Below are positions 56,625 to 64,000 of a DNA stretch of 64,000 nt, one piece after another. Under the pieces are notes generated by a model. It was not told the origin of the DNA. It did not search any database and was given only the letters and a program-made list of their open reading frames with translations. Both the position numbers and the translations under genes were made by a program. This stretch comes from Myxococcota bacterium (GTDB lineage Bacteria > Myxococcota_A > UBA9160 > UBA6930), in contig OZ245015.1 of assembly GCA_965223705.1 (NCBI GenBank), positions 32,001 to 96,000 on the forward strand, given 5' to 3'. Numbering within the stretch: position 1 is the first letter of the stretch; every line of letters begins with the position of its first letter.

Positions 56625-57440
56625 GTGGCGATGGAGACTACCGCTTTAGCGCGCCCCCGCGCGACCGGACACGCCGTTGCAGAGACGGTCGTCTACGCGA
56701 GCGTCCTCGCCGGCGGTGTTGGCGCTTCGCTGGTCGCTCTCACCGAGCGCGTTCTATTCGAACGCAATTCCTTAGCGCCGGTGCTTGTTGTCTTCTTGGG
56801 CACGCTCGTCGTCTACAATATCGACCGGCTTCGCGATCGCGATCGTGATCGAAACACCGCGCCCGAGCGCACGCGGTTCGTCGAAGTGCATCGCGACGCG
56901 TTGCGGGGCGTCGTGGCGATCGCAGGGTTGCTCGGAGCACTCCTTCTCCTTCCCTACGGCGCCGGCTCCGCTCTGGCGTTCACTCCGATTCTCGGCCTCG
57001 GCCTCTTGCACCGGCGTTTGAAGCGCTGGCCGTTCGCGAAAGCCGTCTATGTGGCGGTGGCGTGGACAACGGCGGTCCTGATCGCGGCGCGCCTGCCGGG
57101 GCCCGTGGCGACCGCCCCGAGCCCGGCCTTCGTCGCCGTACTCGCGCTGTCACTCCTCGCGAACACGGCCGTCACGGGCTCGCAGCGGATGCGGCGCGGC
57201 GGCGCGCTCGTGGCAGCGCTCTGCGGAACACTCGCCGCCGGGCTCGCTCTTCTCGAACCGACGGTGGCCGGCGGCGTCGTTTGTCTTCCACTCGGTGCTC
57301 TCGCGGCGCTTCGCGGCGGCAGTGAGACGGAGTGCTTGCGGCTCGCTCGCGGCGGCAGTGAGACGGAGTGGGTGAGGCTCGCTCGCGGCGACGCGACACT
57401 GGGCCTCGGCGCTCTCGCGGCTCTTGTCACATTCCTTTAG
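56625..57440 (+). CDS. UbiA-like multi-TM membrane protein
   Basis: Y..DR..D...D..T.P.R motif, RLK..P..K..YVA..W, about 8 TM segments. Confidence 0.65.
   Translation: MAMETTALARPRATGHAVAETVVYASVLAGGVGASLVALTERVLFERNSLAPVLVVFLGTLVVYNIDRLRDRDRDRNTAPERTRFVEVHRDALRGVVAIAGLLGALLLLPYGAGSALAFTPILGLGLLHRRLKRWPFAKAVYVAVAWTTAVLIAARLPGPVATAPSPAFVAVLALSLLANTAVTGSQRMRRGGALVAALCGTLAAGLALLEPTVAGGVVCLPLGALAALRGGSETECLRLARGGSETEWVRLARGDATLGLGALAALVTFL
57311..57390. repeat. 36-nt in-frame tandem duplication
   Basis: Encodes RGGSETECLRLA / RGGSETEWVRLA. Confidence 0.85.
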
Positions 57441-57879
57441 GGGTTCTCGCCACGAGCAACGTGACTTCTTGTCTCAGCACCTCATCCCCCGCTTGGTTTC
57501 GCAAACCGTCCTTGAAACGAACGATGCCGCGATCGGCTTGGCTGCGGGATTCGCGAGCCTCGATGCACTCGGCTCGGTAGGTGAGGATATCTCCGGGACG
57601 GGCCGGTGCGGGAAAGACCAGGGCGTCTTTACCGAGCATCGCGAGAATCGCCGGAGCATCGATCAACCGATGGAAGAGTGCCGTACAGATCGCCACGATG
57701 TGGCAAGACGACGCCGTGAGCCCGCCGAATACGGAGTCTTTCGCCGCCGCCTCATCGACGTGGAACGGATAGGGATCCCACTTTCGCGCGAACGCCACGA
57801 TCTCGTCTTTTTCGACCGCGTAGCCGCCGACTTCGAGCGTGCGGCCGACAGGTAGATCTTCGAAATACAGCTTCGCCAC
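57427..57879 (-). CDS. MaoC-family dehydratase
   Basis: YFEDL.VG, FA..WDP.PFH.D...A, FGGL.AS, F..P..PGD, NQ.G..V. Confidence 0.9.
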   Translation of the reverse strand: MAKLYFEDLPVGRTLEVGGYAVEKDEIVAFARKWDPYPFHVDEAAAKDSVFGGLTASSCHIVAICTALFHRLIDAPAILAMLGKDALVFPAPARPGDILTYRAECIEARESRSQADRGIVRFKDGLRNQAGDEVLRQEVTLLVARTPKGM

Positions 57880-57881
57880 GT

Positions 57882-59333
57882 CTACGCAAAAGCCGGCGGC
57901 GGCGTGAAGCCGCCGAGCCGCGCTTCGATTCGGCGGGCCACGTCGAGCGCGGTGAGATCCTCGAGGAACGGCGCCACAACCTGTACGCCGACGGGCAACC
58001 CGTTGGCATCTTGACCGACGGGGACGACAGTCGCGGGCAGATACGAGACACCGACCAAGCCGACCCACTTCAACTGGTCGAAGTAGGGTCGCGTTTCTCC
58101 GTCTACAAGAATCGTTCGTTCGGCCATCGGCTGGCTGTGGTCGTGGGGAATCGCCGCGGTGGGCATCGCGGGCATCAGCACCGCGTCCCACGAACCGAAA
58201 AACGCGTGCCACGCGGCGCGCATCTGCAGGCGTTTCTCGTTCGAGGAGAGCCAGCCACGATGGCGCTGCGCGGCGTGCTTCGCGGCGATCGCGCGCGCGC
58301 CTTCCCCGGCGGCGCCGCGCTCCGCCAGCTTCTCAATCGCCTGATGGCTGAACGCGCCGCACATCGCAGCTCCCAAGAGCCGGTCGAAGATCTCGACGGC
58401 GTGCTCGAACGTGAAATCGGGGCGCACCTCCCCGTCGATGCGTGCACCATCTTCTTCGAGCGCCCGAGCGGCCGTGAGAACGGCGTTCCGGATTGCGGGT
58501 TCGACCGGACACGTCGGCTCGTCGAGCCAAACCGCGACGCGATAGTCCCGGGTGTTCCGGCCCCGGGGCGGCGGAAGATCCAGTCGATAGGCCTTCGCGT
58601 GCCAATCGTCGGGGCCGGCGAGAATCGACAGCCCGAGCTCGGCGTCGTCGACCGTTCGCGCCATCGGTCCGGCGACCGCGAGATCCGCCTGGGTCAAAGA
58701 ACCCGGAGGTCCGGGAATTTGCCCGATCGCCGGCACCAGGCCGTAGCTCGGTTTGTGTCCGACAACGCCGCAGTGATGCGCAGGCCCGCGGATCGAACCG
58801 CCGATGTCGCTTCCCAGCTCGAGGGGCGTAAAGCCGGCCGCGAGCGCACCGGCAGAGCCGCCGGACGAACCGCCCGGCGTTCGCGCGAGACCCCACGGAT
58901 TCGAGGACGTTCCGAATACTTCGTTGTAGCTCTGCGTATCTCCCGCATAAATCGGCAGGTTCGTTTTCCCGAGAACGATGGCCCCGGCCTCCCGGAGTCG
59001 CGCAACGGGAACCGCATCCGTTTCCGGCACGAAGTCCGCAAGTTCCGGAGCTCCCGATGTCGTACGCATGCCTTCCGTCATGAAGGAATCTTTGATGGTC
59101 ATGCCGACTCCGTGAAGCGGCGGTAGCGGGGCGCCGCTCGCTCGCAGCGCGTCCGCGGCGTCGGCTTCGCGGAGAGCGCGTTCCGGGTCGCGGGTCACGA
59201 CCAGATGGGTCTCAGCATCGAGCGAGCTGATGCGCTCAAGCTGCGCCGACACGAGTTCTCGGCTGCTCAAGCGTCCCTCTCGAATGTCACTGGCCAATCC
59301 GCGCGCCGAACGAAAACTGAATGAAATGCCCAT
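57882..59333 (-). CDS. Amidase-signature family enzyme
   Basis: PLHGV..TIKD, GKTN.P, PGGSSGGS, GSDIGGSIR; AAGGAGG RBS. Confidence 0.95.
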   Translation of the reverse strand: MGISFSFRSARGLASDIREGRLSSRELVSAQLERISSLDAETHLVVTRDPERALREADAADALRASGAPLPPLHGVGMTIKDSFMTEGMRTTSGAPELADFVPETDAVPVARLREAGAIVLGKTNLPIYAGDTQSYNEVFGTSSNPWGLARTPGGSSGGSAGALAAGFTPLELGSDIGGSIRGPAHHCGVVGHKPSYGLVPAIGQIPGPPGSLTQADLAVAGPMARTVDDAELGLSILAGPDDWHAKAYRLDLPPPRGRNTRDYRVAVWLDEPTCPVEPAIRNAVLTAARALEEDGARIDGEVRPDFTFEHAVEIFDRLLGAAMCGAFSHQAIEKLAERGAAGEGARAIAAKHAAQRHRGWLSSNEKRLQMRAAWHAFFGSWDAVLMPAMPTAAIPHDHSQPMAERTILVDGETRPYFDQLKWVGLVGVSYLPATVVPVGQDANGLPVGVQVVAPFLEDLTALDVARRIEARLGGFTPPPAFA

Positions 59334-59421
59334 TTGGAACGTCTCCTCCTTCAGGTGTCGAAACGCGGCACCTAGGATAAGCCAACGGCGCGATCCGTTG
59401 GGCAAGAGATGAGGTGCACTC

Positions 59422-59865
59422 TTGAAACGCTGGATCTCGCTCGCCGTGATCTTGGTCGTTGGCTGGGCGTCCATCGGTTGCGCCACGTTTCCGGGCTTTC
59501 GCGACCCCGAAGTCTATTTGGTCAACGTGGTGCCGGTGGGATCGACGCCTTTCGAACAACGCGTTCGAGTCGATCTCCGACTTCGCAACCCGGACCACCG
59601 CGATTGCACGTTCGCGGGTTTGGATTTCGTTCTCGAACTGAACGGCGAGCCGATGCTGCGCGGTTACGCGAGCGAAGGCGGAACACTACCCGCTTACGGA
59701 GAGCTGGTGGTATCGACGGAAGCGAGCAGTAGCGTGATCGATCTGGTACGCCAATTCAGCGCGTTGTCCGACAGCGAGCGACGGCGCTCGGGCGTCGACT
59801 TGTACGGCCGGCTCCACGTCGACGGCATCTTCCAGCGGACCGTGTACTTCGAGAGCCCTTACTAG
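59422..59865 (+). CDS. LEA type 2 (WHy domain) lipoprotein
   Basis: Lipobox SIG-C, P.V.L, FEQ.....L...NP, G....LELNG. Confidence 0.8.
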   Translation: MKRWISLAVILVVGWASIGCATFPGFRDPEVYLVNVVPVGSTPFEQRVRVDLRLRNPDHRDCTFAGLDFVLELNGEPMLRGYASEGGTLPAYGELVVSTEASSSVIDLVRQFSALSDSERRRSGVDLYGRLHVDGIFQRTVYFESPY

Positions 59866-61190
59866 CGTCCGCGGCGCTTCAACCGAGACGTGTCGTAGTA
59901 GCGCCGACTGTCCTCGATCGAAAAGTTGAGAATGTTCATCGTGTCGAACTGGCCCATGTTCGACGCGCCGGTCTGGACATTGACGATCATCACGTTCGCT
60001 CCGAGAAACGTAAAGCGTCCGTGGTTCTCCGGGATCGCGCTGTCTTCGCTCCAGCGACCCACGGAACCGATCAGCTTGTACGGCGCTCCGGCTCGGTCAT
60101 ACGCGACGGCGAGACCGGGCGCCATGGTTTCCTTGTCGTACCAGATCTGTTTTCTGCTGTAGGGGTGCCCCTTCTGCCGGGGGATATCGTCGAGCCGAAA
60201 GGCATTCCGCTTTTGCCATTCCTCTCCCACCATGGGCATCGCGCCGTAGGGGTCGAATCGGCAGGAGCGCCACTCCTCCTCGGTACCGAGTCGGATCATC
60301 CGCGTCGTCGAGATCTCCCCCAGGACGCTCGGAAAGCACTGACGCTTGCTGTTCGCGGCGGCCAGCAGAACGCGCTCACCGTGATATTGCCAATCGTGAT
60401 CCCACACGTAGCCCGAAAAAAGATAGAAATCTTCGAGAGTGAATTCCGTGCCGAGCAATGAATCCGACTTTTGCGTCGCGGCGATCCTCCGGACACGTCG
60501 CAGGGCGGGAATGTACGCCCACGTGTCGTCCTCTTTCCCGTCGGTGTAGCGGTACAGCAGAAACATCGTGCCGCGGAGATCGAACGGCGTCTTCACATCG
60601 AAAAACTCGGCCCACTCCACGGTCGTTCCGGGTTCGAGCTCGTGGGTGTCAGGAAGCAGGTCGGCTCGGTGGCTGTAGTAGGTGCGCCGGTATTCCCCCT
60701 GCGAGATCCGCCAGGTTTCCGCGCCTTGGTTCCTCATGTTCGAGAAACCCCAGTGCGGCAAGTTGAATCCCGCGCCGCCCTGCCAACGGAAATTGACGTT
60801 CCATGCGAGCTTGAGTCCGATATCCGGATCGTCGGGTGAGAGGTCGCACGCGTGACCGGTCACCTCCTTCGCCCATTCCGAGAAGGGAAACGGCTGCCCG
60901 GCGACGTAGTTCTCGAGTCGTCCCTCGGCGTTGATCGTAGCCTGACACGCGTACTTCGCCGTCGCCTCGATGTATTTCGGATGGACCGGATACTCCTCGC
61001 TCTCGACGATCTGCATCAGGAGGTCGGGGAACGGCTCGACCGCGTACGTGTAGACCTCGTCCGGCAAGAGATCGCGAACGAGCTCGCGGTTCTCCGCGGT
61101 GATGGTGTCTCCAGGAGAAACGTCGGCGGCGCCCGGGCTCGCCCAGCAGAACAGGATCACGAGAACACCGAAAGCTCTGGTTCCGATCAT
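59862..61190 (-). CDS. DUF1329-family exported protein
   Basis: Signal peptide, G..IT..N, G.PFP, W.Y.PALRRVRR, D, HPYS; start ATG 61190 or GTG 61193. Confidence 0.85.
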   Translation of the reverse strand: MIGTRAFGVLVILFCWASPGAADVSPGDTITAENRELVRDLLPDEVYTYAVEPFPDLLMQIVESEEYPVHPKYIEATAKYACQATINAEGRLENYVAGQPFPFSEWAKEVTGHACDLSPDDPDIGLKLAWNVNFRWQGGAGFNLPHWGFSNMRNQGAETWRISQGEYRRTYYSHRADLLPDTHELEPGTTVEWAEFFDVKTPFDLRGTMFLLYRYTDGKEDDTWAYIPALRRVRRIAATQKSDSLLGTEFTLEDFYLFSGYVWDHDWQYHGERVLLAAANSKRQCFPSVLGEISTTRMIRLGTEEEWRSCRFDPYGAMPMVGEEWQKRNAFRLDDIPRQKGHPYSRKQIWYDKETMAPGLAVAYDRAGAPYKLIGSVGRWSEDSAIPENHGRFTFLGANVMIVNVQTGASNMGQFDTMNILNFSIEDSRRYYDTSRLKRRGR

Positions 61191-61300
61191 CACGAGATGA
61201 TACCGCGGAGCGCCTCAAGCCCTGGAAGCCGTCCTCCGAATACAGCGTCAGCGGAAGGCAGCCGAGTCACGGTAAGCACTCGGAGCGCCTGGGGGGTGCG

Positions 61301-61996
61301 GTGTCGATCCTACATCGGGGAAAGTACGGAATTCAGCTTCCGGAGGGTGCGAGTCACGCTCGCGCCGACCGCCGGTTCGCGCCGGTCGGTCCGGAGATCG
61401 CGTTCGCCTGCGCGGCGCTTGCGGCCGCCTTCCTCCTCGGCAGCGCTCTACACATTCTCGGAATGGAAGGTCAGGCCGCGATTCCGCACTTCGTGCTCGT
61501 CAACCTCTGTGCACTGACCCTCCTGATCGTCGCCGGGCTCTCCTGGTTTCGACACGACGATCTGGGTTCTTCCGAGAGCGATCTGCTCCATCGACTCGCG
61601 TCGCTCTTTGCCCTGGCCGGACTCGAAACGCTGGTCATTCTCTCGATCGTCGACGCGCCCATTGTCGGATGGTGGGCGCTCATCACCGGGACATTGGCCC
61701 TCTCGGTTTTTTTCGCGCTCCTCACCCTCGCAACGCTCAGCTGGTCGGACGGAACGCGTGCGGTGTTATGGATCGCCGCCGGCGCGGGTTTCCTCGTCCT
61801 CGGTCAATTCGCTCTCGAAAACTCGAGCGTGGCGCGCCTTTGGCCCACCGAAGCTTTCGTGGCGCTCATGCGATACAGCGGCGACGCGGCATCGCTCGGC
61901 ACATTGATCTACGGACTGGCGACGAGCCTCATGTGGGTCGCCGGTGCCGGCGTGTGGGTCGCGCGCGGGCTCGGAATGATTCGCTCGCCGCTCTAG
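61301..61996 (+). CDS. Hypothetical membrane protein (about 6 TM)
   Basis: Hydrophobic segments throughout; fills the intergenic space. Confidence 0.6.
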   Translation: MSILHRGKYGIQLPEGASHARADRRFAPVGPEIAFACAALAAAFLLGSALHILGMEGQAAIPHFVLVNLCALTLLIVAGLSWFRHDDLGSSESDLLHRLASLFALAGLETLVILSIVDAPIVGWWALITGTLALSVFFALLTLATLSWSDGTRAVLWIAAGAGFLVLGQFALENSSVARLWPTEAFVALMRYSGDAASLGTLIYGLATSLMWVAGAGVWVARGLGMIRSPL

Positions 61997-62045
61997 AGCG
62001 AGCGTCGCGAGGTCGCACGGGCGACCTCGCTCGGCACGGTCCGCA

Positions 62046-62450
62046 CTACTCGTGATGCTTGTCCCAGTGCTTTTCGAAACGGTCGCCCGCGCGGTCGAGT
62101 TTTCGGTCCGCGCGACTGCCCTTGCGATCCAAGCGGCGGTCGATTCGGTCGCCCCGCCGATCGAGGCGGCGGTCGATGCGATCGCCCTTCCGGTCTAGGC
62201 GATCCGCGAGCTTGTCCTTGCCCGCCGCTGCGGCGCGGTTTGACGCGCGATCGAGACGGCGATCGATGCGGTCTCCCTTCCGGTCGAGTCGGCGATCCAC
62301 GCGGTCGCCCCGCCGGTCGAGGCGCCGCTCGACGCGGTCGCCTTTGCGGTCGAGCTTGCGGTTCACACGATCTCCGGGATCGGCGAAGCTCGGGACCGAG
62401 ATCAGAAGCGCGGTGGAAAACATGAGTGCGATGGCTGCGATACGTGACAT
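62046..62450 (-). CDS. Secreted protein made of 11-residue DRxDRRLDRxG repeats
   Basis: AAGGAG RBS, signal peptide ending SFA, about 9 repeats of 33 nt. Confidence 0.85.
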   Translation of the reverse strand: MSRIAAIALMFSTALLISVPSFADPGDRVNRKLDRKGDRVERRLDRRGDRVDRRLDRKGDRIDRRLDRASNRAAAAGKDKLADRLDRKGDRIDRRLDRRGDRIDRRLDRKGSRADRKLDRAGDRFEKHWDKHHE

Positions 62451-62608
62451 GCGGTTCTCCTTGTCCGGTTTTGGCTTATCCCCTGCCATCCCCCTCAAAC
62501 CGCCCGCCGCGTGAACGGTTGCGCCGCTCGCGAGAAAAAAGCGCTCCGCGCCACGTGACCGATACGCAACAGCAGCCGTAACACCTTGCATTCGTTGTGA
62601 GATCGGGA

Positions 62609-63373
62609 TTAGGAAGTACTCGTGTCGGCGTTTTCCGGATCGGAATCGATCATGAAGCGGTAGACCCAGCCGTTTTGGCTGTCCCGTAAGGCCGCCCCGA
62701 TCATGTCGTCGGGGTCACACGTTTCGGCGCGGCGAACCAATCGATCGAAGGCTTGGCGGAAATTGCGTGTGTGGCGCTCGCGAACTTGCGTTCCGTAGAA
62801 CAAATCCCGTGGCGCGACCTCACCACTGAAACACAACGCGATGATGCGCAGGCTGAACGCGTTGCGGTCTCCGGCGCCGAGTCGGTCCCAAAGGCCGATC
62901 GAAGGTCGCTCCTCGCCGGGAGGGATCGCGTCCGCTTCCCACGACGTCACGATGAGGCCGGCGACCACGCCGAGCTGTTCCGTCACCACATCGGCGACGC
63001 GGAGGTAGGTGTCTTGCCGGGAGTGGAGCTCGTCGGCGGCGATCGCCCGGGATTGCACTTCGGCTTGCTCCGCCGCCTGGCGCATCACGTCGAGCTGTCG
63101 CTCGACGACCCGGGTGTTTTGGCTCAGTTGGCTCTGCTGCATGAAGAAGCCGACGACCAACCAGAGAAAGGCGAGGGGCGCGAAGGCTCCTTCGAGAAAT
63201 CCGCCCAGGGACGGGGCGTTCAGATGAGCAAAGTCGACCCACCCGACCACGGAAGTGATGTAGAGCAGCCCCAGACTCGTCCAGATCGCGGTGATCCCCA
63301 AGCTGAGACGGAGGCGCCAATCGAGCTCTACGTTGGACGGGGAGGGCCCCGACGGAGCGGTTTCGGTCGTCAT
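62609..63373 (-). CDS. Hypothetical 2-TM membrane protein with coiled coil
   Basis: G.FLEGAFAPLAFLWLV.G.F.QQ..L..N pattern followed by a helical soluble domain. Confidence 0.75.
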   Translation of the reverse strand: MTTETAPSGPSPSNVELDWRLRLSLGITAIWTSLGLLYITSVVGWVDFAHLNAPSLGGFLEGAFAPLAFLWLVVGFFMQQSQLSQNTRVVERQLDVMRQAAEQAEVQSRAIAADELHSRQDTYLRVADVVTEQLGVVAGLIVTSWEADAIPPGEERPSIGLWDRLGAGDRNAFSLRIIALCFSGEVAPRDLFYGTQVRERHTRNFRQAFDRLVRRAETCDPDDMIGAALRDSQNGWVYRFMIDSDPENADTSTS

Positions 63374-63456
63374 GACGCAAGCTTACCGCCGGACCGCCAG
63401 AATGGGCCCGGACCGGGCGGCACCGTGGCATACTCCGGGGTCGCAGGGGAGACAGC

Positions 63457-63855
63457 ATGAGCGAGCGTGAAGACATCTATTCTGGGAACAAGATCGAATG
63501 GCGGTGGGTCATTGTGGGTTCCCTCATCGTCGTGGGCACCCAGACGCTGATCGGCGCAGCCCTTTCCGCACTCGGGGTCGACGTGTCGTCCCTGGGTGCC
63601 TTCATCGTGGCCGCATCGGTGGGCTTCTTCGTCGGCGGCTTTTTGATCGGCTGGATGTCGCCCGGATACACCGCGTGGGAAGGCGGCTTTGCGAGCGTGA
63701 TCGCGGCGGCGGGGAGTGTGTTCGTCGCGTCGAGACTGCTCGCTTTTGCCGGCGGACTGGTGTCGCTGATCCCGGTCGCCGTGGGGTGGGGCCTCCTATG
63801 CGGACTCCTCGGGGGTTTCATAGGTGAGAAGTTCCAAAACGCCCTCGAAAGCTGA
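63457..63855 (+). CDS. Small 4-TM glycine-rich membrane protein
   Basis: GGAG RBS; F.VGG...G..SPG, terminal GG.IGEK. Confidence 0.75.
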   Translation: MSEREDIYSGNKIEWRWVIVGSLIVVGTQTLIGAALSALGVDVSSLGAFIVAASVGFFVGGFLIGWMSPGYTAWEGGFASVIAAAGSVFVASRLLAFAGGLVSLIPVAVGWGLLCGLLGGFIGEKFQNALES

Positions 63856-64000
63856 TTCCCAAGAGGCCGGTCGCTGTCCGCTGTGCGAGCAGCCGAACGA
63901 ATGCGCACTGGCCCAGGGCGCTGCCGACCCCTGTTGGTGCGTGTCGGTAGAAATCTCCGATGCGCTCAGGCAGCGCGTTCCCGCCGGCAGTAGCGAGCGC
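63824..64000 (+). CDS. Cysteine-rich CWC family protein, runs off window end
   Basis: Hand translation RCPLCEQPNECALAQGAADPCWCVSVEIS.ALRQRVP; the only in-frame start seen is GTG 63824. Confidence 0.7.
   Translation, partial: MRSSKTPSKADSQEAGRCPLCEQPNECALAQGAADPCWCVSVEISDALRQRVPAGSSER

Noticed and set aside
14238..57390. 30-36 nt repeats as possible CRISPR repeats
   Set aside because: The units are directly adjacent without unique spacers, are unrelated to each other, mostly lie in coding frames, and no cas genes are present.

Overview
A gene-dense, high-GC (about two-thirds by eye) bacterial chromosome segment. Gene content suggests a diderm Myxococcota/deltaproteobacteria-like organism (inference). 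I found no rRNA, tRNA, CRISPR array, transposase or prophage. About 60 CDSs, mostly housekeeping: gpsA, feoAB, ogt, galE, gshB, PBP1A, pyrE/pyrF, rpsD, tgt, ychF, rnhA, tesB, msrB, rimO, rlmE, rplC, an NAD-IDH-like enzyme, mfd and glpD. Most notable: (1) a translationally coupled nuoA-H-J-K-L operon with open frames in which most conserved proton-pumping and quinone-chamber acidic residues are replaced; (2) a Zn-ribbon gene plus a tandem pair of degenerate ArsA/Get3d-like ATPases; (3) a stand-alone Cys-free rpsD with an unannotated 42-aa, strongly basic ORF, lying between pyrF and pyrE; (4) an ICL/PEPM lyase-LeuC-LeuD-PQQ dehydrogenase (lanthanide-type motif)-XoxJ-like operon; (5) a histone-H1-like protein with a duplicated N-terminal domain; (6) an orphan rplC next to an rlmE that lacks a canonical start codon; (7) window-wide leaderless-promoter signatures and recurrent 30-36 nt tandem duplications. 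All calls come from motif recognition by eye; no database searches were run.
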